Source: Lytechinus pictus (lineage: Eukaryota). From it: a stretch of 64,000 nucleotides of DNA. The stretch is taken from assembly GCF_037042905.1 (NCBI RefSeq), contig NC_087252.1:26352001-26416000 (forward strand), written 5' to 3'. Below the pieces are notes generated by a model that saw only the letters and a program-made list of their open reading frames with translations, was not told the origin of the DNA and made no database searches. The position numbers were made by a program, and so were the translations under genes. Below are positions 1-12,821 of the stretch, in pieces (position 1 is the first letter of the stretch; each line of letters starts with the position of its first letter).

Positions 1-80
1 TGATTTATCATACATAATAACGAATGCAATCAATCATATAACTTAGTCTTATGATCAATAACTAGGCTTTGTGTTACGAG

Positions 81-202
81 TCATAGAACACTGATTGCAC
101 TTCCTATTGCGTCAAATTTATATTGGTTAAGATAACAGGAGATGCCCTCCACACAAGAGCCTCCATTCCTACAAGGATGCAACAAAACCTGTGCAGTTTT
201 CT
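81..202 (-). CDS. Probable terminal coding exon of the EGF-repeat gene (truncated EGF-like start)
   Basis: ttttgcag acceptor; phase-1 entry gives EKTAQVLLHPCRNGGSCVEGISCYLNQYKFDAIGSAISVL*. PCxNGGxC motif, in frame with the upstream exon. Confidence 0.55.
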
Positions 203-1598
203 CTGCAAAATTTAGAAGTGATTGTACCTTTGAAGCTGATATTTTAGCATACAGTCATACAGTAATATTCCACATTCACTTTTATACAAAGAAAAAAAAT
301 CAATCATCATGAAAGGTAAAAAACATGGAATTTATATTACATTATAGTAGCTTACCTGTGACATCAGAAAATTAAAACTTTAAAGTCCATACCCATCAGT
401 CTCTGATAGACTTATACCTCTAATATCATAATTGCATATTGCTGTTCTATATTTTTTATTGATATTTATATAAAGAAATGTATTTATTTTGATATACTTT
501 TATGTTTATGCTTATGTTTATGCTTATAAGTGATTGTGTGATATAAACTTAGTTCTCCAGAACATCACAAATGAAAAATTCTTCCCTGCCGGCACGTCTT
601 ATTTTGCTCTTTCTCTTATATCTTTTTATTTGTACCGGTATATCTGTTAATCTATGGTCAAGTAAATAATAATGATGTTTCTCTAATTCTTCTTTGAAAA
701 AAGTCATCTGGCTGGACTTCCCCATTTAATATAACCCCTCACTTCTATCAGCACATGTTATAATGTATCATTAAAGCATCTCTTCTGAACCTAACTCATC
801 CACTTAGATAATGACACACACTTCCTGAAACACTCGGGAATGACAAGACCAAAGTCACAATCTATCAAATCATCCATGTTTTCCTACTGTCAAAATGTCT
901 TCCCTTTCCTCCCCGAGTCAATTTCAAGATCTCCATAAATTGTGCATTGGATGTGGTTGCCATGGCAACCTGGAACCTATTTTACTCATGGACAGACAAG
1001 AGAAAAGATGGAATCTATTGATGAATGCTTCCTGCATTCTTCTTTTATTTTGGAGATGAGGTTGCTTCTCTAGGGAGCACCTAGCTCCGTATTGAAGCCC
1101 ACATGGTATTAGAGATGCCCTACTCCCATTTCCTTTTTTAAAGGGGAAGTTCACCCTGAACATTTTTTTACAAAAGTGACCATCCCACTATTCTTAAGCT
1201 TCACTCTCCAAGTTCCAGTAATTGAACAAAAAACATTGAAATCAAAAGATTAACTTACTAAAAGAAAAGCAAACATTGCAATATTATAAACACCGAACTA
1301 CGTGCAATCAATTGCAAATATCCTGTTGCAATTTTACAAGTGATGGATCCATTTTAGCAGTAGAAAATCAGATTACACTTCTTGCTTCATGGAGCAGATT
1401 AGCAATCATTCACAAATTTACAATTAACTGCAAGACATACAATTGATTTGGGTCCAAAAATAAAAATCCATTTGATCACAAGTTTCTTGCAACGTCCCAT
1501 AAGTGTCATTGTCTCGGTCTTAATCTCTATCTCATCTGATACTGTCTCAGTTCCAACACTGCTCCTTAGAACGAATGACAAAAACGGAGGGTGCTCAC

Positions 1599-1736
1599 CA
1601 TATTCACAAGCAGGGCCAAAGAAGCCCCAGAGACAGGCACATGCTGTGGGACAAGCTGGCATGCCGGTGCAATGTGGAGCATAGCGGCAGGTGCCCCCGT
1701 TCACACAATCTGGGCTACACATAGGGGATCTGGGTA
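1599..1736 (-). CDS. EGF-like exon (8 Cys)
   Basis: tttcccag acceptor, gtgag donor, 138 nt, phase 1-1: PRSPMCSPDCVNGGTCRYAPHCTGMPACPTACACLWGFFGPACEY. Confidence 0.88.
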
Positions 1737-4251
1737 CTGGGAAATGATGCGTTCAGACAATCAAACTGTAAACATGCAAACTGGCTGGAACAGTATGAAC
1801 AGCTCATGAGTATACACAGTGATGAGAAATGGTGCAAATGGATAAAAGCATGTTAAAATGAAGAGCTATAAAGAATGTGAATTCAATGATATAAAAACAA
1901 TCTTCCAATCAAGTGTCTATTTCAATTAAAGATTATTGAAAATATCTTTGAAAATCTTTTTGGGAAATTTTTTATACCTACATGGTTTTTGCCCCAGTAA
2001 CATGTGTTTTCTACCATTTTTAGTACTTAAGCTTTTAATGATAATGGGATGCAACATAATTGCTAGGTATATTGTTTTCCTCATATCATTAGTCAAGATA
2101 TCATGCCCCTATCCCACCAGAAATCTTTTCCCAATGAAGCAAATTAATGCCTGTCATCTGAATCAAAGGTACAATTCAATTAGCTGATCCCCAAAGTTAC
2201 AGCAATATGTGTTTCAAAAAAAAAAATTAGCATCAGCAAATAATAAACCAATTCCCATGAAATTTCATAATAAAGTCATTTCAAACAGAGACATATACAC
2301 TTGATAAGAAAGATTTCCAAATTTGATGAAAACAAAATAATGATCATTATGAATATGATGACACAGGAGTGTTGTATGATGCCATGAAAATTATTTAACA
2401 ATATCTAAATGAAATAAAGCCGTCAATAATGAAGACAGATTATGGATGGGCATATTAAATTGATGAAAATAAAGTTCTCAGGGCGATGACATAGATGATT
2501 GAAAAATGATCAACACATTCTTACAGCAAAGCATGACTGAGTGAGTTAACATATATAAGCAATAACTCCACCATCGAATACTTAAATGTCAAAGTGTAAA
2601 AACTAAATATAACATAAACTAAACATAACTGAGTTTATTCCTAAAAAAATGACCATTAAAGAAAGAGGCCAAAATGAAACAATAGTTCAAAATAAAAACA
2701 CAAATTTGCATATAGACAATGTGATGATATATTTAAGAGTTCAATATATCAAACGATTAATACTATGAAAAGTAAAATGGTTAGAAATAAATGGTAAAGA
2801 AAATAAGACTTGATTTATTCTTCTATTTTTGACAACAGATGAGTAATTCAATTTTGAAAAACAAAAGAGGCATGTTGTACAAATACCCACGATTCAAAAG
2901 ATATTGAAGAAAAATTCATATTCATATTCCTTTCATGCATGACTGTTTATATCATTCTTCAAAAATAATATATTTCTTTAAAAATCCAATATAGGATGGA
3001 TCAATGATCTCAGAGAAAAAAAAAGATAAAAGAATTGGTAAATTTGTTTTAATATAGTTAAATATGGTGTAAGTAAACATAATTACTTCAACAATAAATT
3101 ACAATATCTTCTAAAAATATTCTTTTAAGAATATTGAAGAATTACACTGATTTTTGGTAGATTGACATTGTACTCTCTTTAACATTCTCAAATATTGTTT
3201 CATCTGGCATTTTAACAGTAACCAAAAAGTGTAAACATTTTTTTAGAATAGATGAATTCTCTACATCTGACATCTTTCTTTTATTATCAAAATTCTTACT
3301 TATTTATAAAAAAAATCTCTACATGAGATTCTAATCCTAATTCAAAATAAGAAACTATATACATATTCACACATTGAGATCAACTAGACAGTTAATAAAT
3401 AATCATTTGAATTTCAAAAAGGGATAATGACTACAAGCAATTTGTCCATCGCTTCTAAGTACATTGCATTGTACGCTACAATAGAGAAAGTTGTGCATTA
3501 GCTTTAAACTTAGCTGGGAAATAAAATATGCTGTACAAGTGACATAACATTCCCATTAATGATAAAACTGTGGATTCAATACTTTTCGGAAATGGACAAA
3601 AAAAAATTGCTACATTTTATAACAGACAATGGAAATCGCTATATCACTAATTTATAGGTTAAATCTGCATAACTATCTACAATACACATATAAATGAATA
3701 CACTTATGCCTACATGTATATGATATCTAACTATCTTATCCAGTTTATCGTTAAAAAAAGCGGGCTGATAAACCTTAACCAGTGTATTAGTTTGTTGGGC
3801 TTCTTTTTATTGTCTCTTTCTTCTTTTTAGATACTTTGTATTTAGAGACAGCCTTATTGAGGTCTAAATTAGAATGATTTTCTTTAACATGAAGTCTCTA
3901 TAACACTACAGCCACACCAGTGAAACCGACTACACACCACACCATTGTATATCACTGGAATTAGCATCATAGGTTTGATCAGCCTGGAGTCAGTTTCGCA
4001 AGTGTGACTGTGGTATGAGACTATTGGTGAGACTGGCAACCACAGACTTATATTACAGGAGGTTTTTCTTTTGGCTTGTTGCAGAAATGTTCAAGATGTT
4101 TTTAATGAAAGGTCAATCTTCCCACGATATGTCTACCAAGATGCAATCAGATCCTAAGAAACAGACAATGAAGTGCTAGTCCAGGGACTGCGGCAAGCAT
4201 GCAAGCAAGTAAGGGGTGTAGCCCCCGCAGAGGGCCTGGCCCCTATCCTAC

Positions 4252-4428
4252 CTTCAAAGCAGGTGTGTCCATCAGGGCTAAGGGTGTAACCTGGGGGACA
4301 GGTGCAGTAGTAGCCCCCTGGGATGTTGACGCAGGAATGACTGCACTTGGGCTCTGGTCCATCAGGGCAGCGGGGGTCTCGGCAGGGCATGGTGGTTCCT
4401 GCGTTGGCCACATTGCACTCATTCAGAT
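4252..4428 (-). CDS. cbEGF exon with Cys-containing insertion
   Basis: tctgtag/gtagg ends, 177 nt: DLNECNVANAGTTMPCRDPRCPDGPEPKCSHSCVNIPGGYYCTCPPGYTLSPDGHTCFE. Confidence 0.93.
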
Positions 4429-4905
4429 CTACAGAAATGAATTAAAATGTGGCAACAGTTAAAGTTTAATCTTCATGTAATGGCAAAACATTGCTCTATA
4501 CACTTGTAATGTATTACGTTAAAATCTCTTGCTCCCAAGTCATCATTACAGATGGTAAAATCAAGCTACAAGGTAGACCACAACCATCTGAGATCCTGTC
4601 TTCAATTGAACAAACTGATGAACAAACTGACCATCTCTTGGTTAAATCTCTCAAATCAGGGGCAACTATCACAGGTGATACAATATAACCCTGAGGAACA
4701 CTCAAATCAATCATTACTTTTGACATCAGATCATTATCCATCTTTGAAATCTATCTTGCAATATACCAATATGTCTAAAACTGGAGTCTCTCAGCCCTTG
4801 GGTACATCTAACTATCAAAGGGGGTAAACCCTAGCCCTGAGGTACACTGAAATCATTTGTGACCCTCGATAACAAATGCCTTAATCATTTTAATATCAAG
4901 CTTAC

Positions 4906-5106
4906 CTTGGCAAAGACCAGTCTCGTGGTTGAGTCTCTCACCCCTGGGGCAGTTATCGCAGGTGGTACAGTCTGGTCCTGGGGTGCACTGCCTCTGGTCC
5001 ACATGAAGCAGGTAACCTTCCTCGCAGGAGCATACATAGCTACCAAGGGTGTTACGACAGTTGTGCTGGCAGCCTCCCTGAGTGGGCGTGGCACATTCAT
5101 CAACAT
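4906..5106 (-). CDS. cbEGF exon plus partial Cys-rich module
   Basis: ccag/gtaag ends, 201 nt: DVDECATPTQGGCQHNCRNTLGSYVCSCEEGYLLHVDQRQCTPGPDCTTCDNCPRGERLNHETGLCQ. Confidence 0.93.
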
Positions 5107-5553
5107 CTGGAGAAAAAGGGCATGATGTGTAAAGATAATCACAAAGGTAACTTTGCCTAAGTCAATTTTTATAGGACTGCATAAGTCTTTTCAACTTAGG
5201 AGAAATTTGACTTGAAGATGGGTACCCCAGTAAGATGCGAAAACCTATGTACATGTAGTATGCCTAGCAACTGAGTCTTGGAACTCTTGTTTGAATGGTC
5301 CCTAGGGAGTGGAGAGAGTGCATACATTATGTGTGGGCCTGCCAGGATCCTGTGACTGGGTAATAATAATTACAATCCAAAGTGCTTAGAAACAAAGTAT
5401 TAAGTGCTACACACATGTAACTATTATAACAGGGATATAACACAAGTTTTGCATATTGTCATCTTAATAAATTGCTTCAATTGCTTTTGGGGAAATATAC
5501 TACTTTATTACAGTCAACTTACAATGTATGCGAGTTTTCCTGTAGATGACTTA

Positions 5554-5715
5554 TACCCCGGTCACATTTGCTCTACGGCGGCCGTACGGCGAGTCGAAAA
5601 CAGCCGTTTTATTCATCTTAATTCAAACCACATATAGGTAGCTGGTACAAAAAATGTTAAAACGGCTGTTTTCGACTCGCCGTACGGCCGCCGTAGATCA
5701 AATGTGACCAAGGTA
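5554..5715. mobile_element. MITE, PIF/Harbinger (Tourist)-like
   Basis: ~55-bp TIRs (TACC..GTCACATTTGCTCTACGGCGGCCG), TTA duplicated on both sides; sibling at 42351-42514. Confidence 0.85.
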
Positions 5716-5919
5716 TTACTAATTTAACTACAATAATGTTAAATTAATGTATGAGTGTACTCATCATTAAAACGTGTTGCAACTTTTATGTAAGAGTTCA
5801 TTTTTGTCCTACTATATGAATAATAGGTCAGGAAAATAATGTGTCTGAGAGACAAAACTCAGATACATCGAGAGACACCTGCACAGACCACAGACACACA
5901 AAGATAATTCAATCAAGAT

Positions 5920-6150
5920 TTTGCGCTTCCATGACATTTGCTCCGGTGACAATTGCTCTGGTGGAAAATATGCATGTTAAGCCAAACATAACACCTAAGG
6001 TAACCTCAAAAACTAAATAAACCCTTACCCTTCTCTTTACATTACTTTGAACCAAGACCTCTATACTATTCCTAACTCTAACCCTATGCCCTCTGAGATA
6101 TTAAGACTGGAGCAAATATCGCAGGGGCAAAAGTTGCAGGGGCAAATGTT
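5920..6150. repeat. Dispersed repeat with TAACCCT-like motifs
   Basis: Shares gcttccatgacatttgctccggtg...ctaactctaaccctatgcc...ggagcaaat with 29730-29925; family not determined. Confidence 0.6.
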
Positions 6151-6181
6151 GCGTCACCGATAGAGAGAGCACTGTTCATAC

Positions 6182-6298
6182 CTTCACAATGTCTTCCATT
6201 GTCATGTAATCTCAAGCCTGAAGGGCATTGACATCTGAACCCATCTGCTATGTTAATACACTTGTGTGAACACAATCCATCTGTACATTCACTGGGGG
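6182..6298 (-). CDS. EGF exon
   Basis: gcag/gtatg ends, 117 nt: APSECTDGLCSHKCINIADGFRCQCPSGLRLHDNGRHCE. Confidence 0.9.
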
Positions 6299-6712
6299 CT
6301 GCATGTGACAAAGATAGTACTTGAACAGTGATACTGATTAACATTCTGCAGTCATTTCATTTTGCTACAATTTTTGTCTTCCTGACATGCATTTCAAGGT
6401 GTTTGGTAGTGTAAAATCAGAAAATAGCATTGAAAATATACATGCTAAAGCTTTTGGATATGTACTCATTAGAGCAAAATCGCATGAATGAACAGAACTA
6501 AAAAAATATATAATGGAACCAACAAAGATTGTGGATGCTAAATGACAAGCTCTGATTGGCTGTCAAGGGAAACAAATTATGCTACGAAATTTCCATTTAT
6601 GACCAGTAGAGATTTCATTAAACAAAAGGATGATTATTTTCACTGACAACTGTTATAAGCTCCTGAAATCCTAGCAAATGATTGGCTCAATACAAATAGT
6701 GAGATAAAATCA

Positions 6713-6931
<219 letters not shown>

Positions 6932-7551
6932 TTATAAATATTTTAATCTTGAAAATAATAGTAACAACAACAATAATATCAATAAAGAAATAATAATGTA
7001 ATTAGTATAGCAGTAGCAAGAGGTGTAATAGTATGCAGCGCTTAGAAACATGTGTATTAAGCGCTATATAAATGTTGCATATTATTATTATTATTTAAGA
7101 GTAGTAGTAATATCAATAGTAATACTAATCATCATTACCAGCGTAAAATGATATTACATAAGCTTTCTACAACCATTTTCATTTTGATTGAAAGGTTAAG
7201 ACACTTTGAAATAATAGGGGGAGGAATGAGAAAGGACTTAACTGTCACTATATCATTTTGTGGCCAGGGTGTAATGACAGCTACTTCTCATCACCTGTAT
7301 GTAAATGGAGACTGGTTCTGACACAGCCAGACAAGCAAGATCAGATTATACATTATTATTATTCATTATTATTAGTTGAAACAATTAGCTCTTCATACTC
7401 TAGTTGTTCGGTACAAGTAATGCACAAACTATATCCACAGTTAGTTTCATGCCACTGTAGTATCAAGTATAATCTCAAATAATAAAAAAATAACAATAGA
7501 AAAATAATGCAGAGATCAAAAGAAATCAAAATAATAATCAGATGGACTTAC

Positions 7552-7674
7552 CAGTACACATCCTGCCATCCAGACCAAGCTCGTACCCAGGAGGGCAAAG
7601 ACACCGGTAGGAACCCTTGGTATTGATACACTGGTAGTGACACAAACCCCTCTCCTGGGAGCACTCGTTGATGT
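7552..7674 (-). CDS. cbEGF exon
   Basis: ttccag/gtaag ends, 123 nt: [41 protein letters not shown]. Confidence 0.94.
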
Positions 7675-7703
7675 CTGGAAGAAAAGAAGAAATCATTGTA
7701 AAT

Positions 7704-7828
7704 TTATATGCACATCCTATCATCCAGACCAATCTCATACCCAGGAGGGCAAAGACACCGATAGGAACCCTTGGTATTGATACACTGGTAGTGACATAGA
7801 CCCCTCTCCTGGGAGCACTCATTGATGT
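7704..7828 (-). pseudogene. Tandem duplicate of the 7552-7674 exon with no donor, ending in an in-frame TAA
   Basis: Same acceptor; reads [41 protein letters not shown]. Confidence 0.85.
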
Positions 7829-8295
7829 CTGGAAGAAAATAATTGAAATTATCTCAAGGATCTGCTTTCTAGAAAGGTTATCAGATAATGCCAAATCCAT
7901 TCTTTACAGGGCTCTAGGTACAATGTGAGAAATAGAAAACATATAAGGCTAAAATAAAAGACAAAACTCAAGGACAGTTAAGAATAGGTAGCGATAAATA
8001 GGCGCATCTTCAAGTAACGTTGAAATATAGCAACACAAGTGCAGTCTCGTATAACTGAAGGGAGATCACTCCATAGAAATAGCATAAAAATTTTTCCTAT
8101 TCTAGAAATAATGAACTTCTTAAACAAATTTATAATCAGAATCTAACGTTGGAAGCTGCAAATGATAACTCACTTTCATTTTAAACAACTTTGATGAAGT
8201 CTTTTGAAGGAAAAAACCTATCAAGCACCAAGTTCTTCAAATGCATCTTGAAACCTTCATACTGTGATTGTAACAATAAATCACAACTCTCTTAC

Positions 8296-8418
8296 CAACA
8301 CAGTTCTGTCCATTACTATGAAGCTGGAATCCCTCGGGGCATCTGCATCTATATGAGCCTGCAACCTCGTCACAACCAAACTCACAAACAGCGCCATATC
8401 TCTCGCAAGCATTCATAC
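8296..8418 (-). CDS. EGF exon
   Basis: ctgcag/gtaag ends, 123 nt: SMNACERYGAVCEFGCDEVAGSYRCRCPEGFQLHSNGQNCV. Confidence 0.92.
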
Positions 8419-8867
8419 CTGCAGAGTGAAAGCAATATGATCATGTTTCAATACCTTTGCTCTTATGACCAGCTTTCTACTTTAATAACTGAACTGAAGA
8501 CACAATTTTTAGATGCTTACGTGAAGTCATTTTATAAGTTTTTCCCAGAAAACATCTTGCCTACTGGAAGCAGGTGGATCCTTCACAAAGCATATTGGAA
8601 TGATCTAATTCTCCACCGAAAAAGTTAACAATCGTTGTGGGTTTTCTTATTCCTTTCATTACCTTACCTTACTTTTGGCAACTAGATACTTGACCTTTAC
8701 AAATTCCTTATTGAACTGGTTTCAATTGGATATTTCAATTATTTTTTTTTTTTTTTTTCAAGGATTTTGATTAAGATAAAATTGAAAATATGGTAAATTG
8801 CAAGAATACAAGTTAATCCAGATCTTTGTAAGAAATAATGTCTGAAACCAAGTCATTCCTATTTGTA

Positions 8868-9116
8868 TACGGGATAGTTGGGAGAGCATCCATCTCACAA
8901 CCGGGAGGTCCGGGGTTCAAACCCCAGCCGCGTCAGACCAAAAGACGTTAAAAGATGGGAGCTGCTTCTACCCTGTTTGGCGTTCACCAATTAAAGGGAT
9001 AGAGCCTCGTCGATCTGGCGCTGCACAGCGGCTGCCGGGCCCACGATCAATTGGGCAAAGCAAATTTTTGGAGTATTTCATGTCTATTTCGAACAATAAA
9101 ATATGGATTTTCATCA
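8868..9116 (+). mobile_element. tRNA-derived SINE
   Basis: B-box-like GTTCAAACC at ~8915; highly similar copy at 20756-20990; short (TTTCA)-type tail. Confidence 0.75.
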
Positions 9117-9279
9117 TAAAGTTCAGGGAAAACTCATTAGAATATATTTCTGTAATTCTTTTGTTGTTTTGTTCATTTTATAGTGTCAGGTAATAAAAGT
9201 TCTCATGGTAGTTCAGTCAAGAAATTAAAATCATGAAAATATATATTGCAATTACTAAATATCTCAGAAAAAAACTTAC

Positions 9280-9402
9280 TTGAGCAGGTCCTAGAGTCCG
9301 ATCTGAGAGAGTAGCCCGTTCTGCAGGTACAGAAATAGCTTCCTTCTGTGTTCATGCATAGATGTTGACATCCACCATTAGCTGTTCTGCATTCGTTCAA
9401 AT
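9280..9402 (-). CDS. cbEGF exon
   Basis: tttcag/gtaag ends, 123 nt: [41 protein letters not shown]. Confidence 0.95.
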
Positions 9403-10451
9403 CTGAAAACAATTACACAAATGGTGGTTTTAGCAATTCAGTTAATTAATTAATGTACACTTGATAGTGTTTCATAAATTCCAAGTTATGTGTAATATAC
9501 AGCAATATTACATAGGTTATGTAGATTCAAATCAGTGATAGGTCCATTTGTTATATTCTAGGTTTTGATGTCACCTCAGTGAATATAACTGCGTTGTATT
9601 GTCCATTGCGGCGTTATATTCACTAAGGTCACGTCACTCGCTGCTTACAAGTTGCGTAATCAGGTAGTTTATTTGATGCATGCGCTAGTGTTAACAAGTC
9701 GATCGCATGAAAAACGCGCTTGATGTATTTTCCAAAAATTTTCTATTATGATATAAATGGATCAGAGCTGCAGCAAGAATTTCGGGTTAATCAGACTAGA
9801 GCCAGATGATAAATGCAATCTCTGATGGCGAATCCACATATATAGACTATACAATATAACATATATTGCCTCGTCTATCTTTTTAATAAATAAAATTTCA
9901 ACTCCCCTCCGAAGCAATATTTTTCCCTCGGGAGAATAATTTCTCTCAGCGCTGCACGCTTCTTGCAAAATATAATCCCTTGGGAAAAATATAACTCAGT
10001 CGGGGAGAGGAAATGCTATATTCAAACTCTAGGTAGGCAATATCTGTAGATATCATAGCCCAGGGGTGGCTTCGTAGGGAGCATGGGAGCAAAAGCCCCC
10101 TCTGACTTCTCAAAAAGATGCAAAATGGAAACCAAAGGAAGGGGAAATAAGAAGCATTTGCAGTTCTTGACAATTTTTCTTTTTTATTTGCAGGAGGTGG
10201 TGCTTCTGTAGGCTTGAAAAATTATAGCGGTAATTTCTGTTAAAAGAAAATGGCCCATTGTGTAAGTGCGTTAATTAGCTTTGAAACTCTCCAATTTTGC
10301 TGTGGAGGCCAGACTCCCAGAGCATAATAAGAAGTGCTTTACATACATATTAGTAGGGTTTCAAATGTTACTCTCTCACAACCTGGCAAACTGCATTATA
10401 GTTTTTCTTACATTTTTTTTTTGGGGGGATCAATGCGATTCATACACTTAC

Positions 10452-10568
10452 CGACACATCTCCCTGCAATACTGGAGTAGCCTTTTGCACAGTTACAGTG
10501 ATACGACCCAATGGTGTTAATACACTTTCCTGTGCACCCATGGGGAAGACTGGCACACTCATCAATAT
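10452..10568 (-). CDS. cbEGF exon
   Basis: cacag/gtaag ends, 117 nt: [39 protein letters not shown]. Confidence 0.94.
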
Positions 10569-11139
10569 CTGTGAAGGTTAAAACCATGCAAGAGGTGCTC
10601 ACACTTGAAAATTAGGTGCATATCGGGCAGGGCATATTTCACTATTTCTTAGACGTTGTGAGAGGTGTTGACATTAGCACCAGAACACATTAAACAACAT
10701 TCAACAAGTTTTCAAGATACAAAATGGAAACCAAAGGAATGGGAAATAAGAAGCATTTGCAGTTCTAGACGATTTTTCTTTTTTATTTGCGGGAGGTGGT
10801 GCTTCTGTAGGCTTGAAAAATTATATTGGTCATTTCCGCACAAAGAAAATGGCCCATTCTATAAGGTTAAGACCATGCAATAGGTGTTCACACTTGAAAA
10901 TTAGGTGCATATCGGGCAGGGCATATATCACATATTTTCAGTCATTGTACGAGGTGTTGGCATTAGAACCATTACACATTGAACAGCATAAAACAGGTTT
11001 TCGCACTTAAAAATAGGATTGATAACAGGCAGGGCGTATTTTAGATTATTTAGTAATTGTACTTGGTGTTAACGCGAGCACCATAGCACCTTCAAAAACA
11101 TGCAGGATTGTTTTGCCCTTCAGTCACATTGGTGTGGTA

Positions 11140-11660
11140 AGTATGGTGTTGAAACAAGGACAACTCCGGAACAACTATACCCAAGTCATACACTTTCCTA
11201 CCAAGAATAGCTGCCATGGGTGTTAACACTTAATCAACACAAAGTAGCCAAGTGTGACTGGTGTTTTAAACAACTTTTTACCTGGTGTTGATGCTAACAC
11301 AACACCCAAAATAACCTCCATAAGTCATGCTGTCTTCTTGAACTTCATGCCTACACTGACAGGAATAGCTGCCATTAGCGTTAACACCTTATAAACACAA
11401 TTCCCCACAAGTGTGAGTAAAACAACAGATTACATATAAATGATAAATTATAAACTATGGTGTTTATGCTAAAACAACAACAAAGCTAACCTCTGCAAGT
11501 CATGCTGTCTTCTTGGAGTTCAAACCCTTGGCTACACTGGAAAGAATAGCGGCCATTAGCATTAACACCTTATCAACACAATCAACAACTGGTGTTTTTA
11601 ATGACTGTTTACATATAAATGATAAACTATGGTGTTGATTCTAACACAACACCAAAAACT
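11140..11660. repeat. Degenerate tandem array (~174-bp unit) derived from the 3' half and donor of the 11664-11792 exon
   Basis: Anchor aagtcatgctgtcttcttg at 11322, 11497 and 11670 (the exon itself); weaker copy near 11183. Confidence 0.8.
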
Positions 11661-11663
11661 AAC

Positions 11664-11792
11664 CTCCACAAGTCATGCTGTCTTCTTGGAGTTCAAACCC
11701 TTGTCTACACTGGCAGGTGTAACTACCATGGGTGTTTAGGCACATGTGATGACAAACACTAGGTCCTCCATTCTGCCTGCACTCATCGATAT
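11664..11792 (-). CDS. cbEGF exon
   Basis: ctgtag/gttag ends, 129 nt: [43 protein letters not shown]. Confidence 0.92.
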
Positions 11793-12234
11793 CTACAGGA
11801 AGAAAGGAAATGTCACATGATGTGTATAGAATTTAAACAAAATGGAAAAATCTATTTTTTTTCACATAAACCAAAATTGTTTGGGTGGTGTTTTATGGTT
11901 ATTCTAACTCTGTGTTCCAAGTATGCCTATTGAAAGAAAACTGCATAAACTAAGTTATGTTTTCATACAATATATACTTGATTGACAAAAATCGAATATA
12001 CTATCTGAATTATTTTGTTATCATTTTGTCATCAGCCAAAACATGAAGCTGTAAGATTTTTATTTTTTTATAATGGCATCAAGCATTATGCTGTGTTTAT
12101 ATTTCTTATTTTTTCACTTTGTTTTGTTCATACACTGTATGTGCTTCCTTTTTGTTGTAAATGTATGTAGACCTCATTAAAAACAGCTGAGCTGAAAGGA
12201 CTATCCACCCTATGACCAAAAATGAATCAATAAA

Positions 12235-12652
12235 TGAAGAGCTCACTTGCAAAAGGGGTTAGGTCAATTTTCATCGAATTTGATTTTTTTTTTGTCTTAA
12301 TGTATAGATTTTCACTAGCTCTATAACATGATACCAAAGAAAAGTTGAAATTCCCATTAAAAATTGAACTAAAATGGCAAGGAAAAGTCACCTTTTTTAA
12401 AAAAGGGTTAGGTCCATTTCAGTTTGGTTGCAAAAGGGGTTAGGTCCACACATATTTTTTTTTTTAAAGAATATTCTAAAAAATATGAAGACGGGCAGAT
12501 TTCTTTTATACACAATGTTCACATGATAGGGTAGTACATCATGAAAAGTTAGTTTCTCATAAGAATATTGCAATAAGTGAGAACGAAAAAAACATGTTTT
12601 TTCTCGGAATGGTCCAAAGTGGACCTAACACCTTTTGCAACCAAACTCTTCA
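12235..12652. mobile_element. MITE-like element
   Basis: Imperfect TIRs tgaagag..ttgcaaaaggggttaggtc / gacctaacaccttttgcaa..ctcttca, with internal copies of aaaggggttaggtcca. Confidence 0.6.
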
Positions 12653-12695
12653 AACACTTGCTTTGAGAGTCCCAACCTGCACCGGCATGACTTAC

Positions 12696-12821
12696 CGATA
12701 CATGACCTTCCATTCATATGCAGTCTGAACCCTTGCCTACAAGAGCACCTGTAGCTACCGGCGGTGTTCTCACAGTTATGATGGCACGGCTGCCACTGGC
12801 TCTGTCGACACTCATCAACAT
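12696..12821 (-). CDS. cbEGF exon
   Basis: ctccag/gtaag ends, 126 nt: DVDECRQSQWQPCHHNCENTAGSYRCSCRQGFRLHMNGRSCI. Confidence 0.95.

Noticed and set aside
351..420. Strong donor-like CAG|GTAAG on the minus strand
   Set aside because: No convincing open, Cys-patterned exon with an acceptor upstream of it
8868..8930. tRNA gene
   Set aside because: Only A/B-box-like heads attached to repeated SINE bodies; no complete cloverleaf seen
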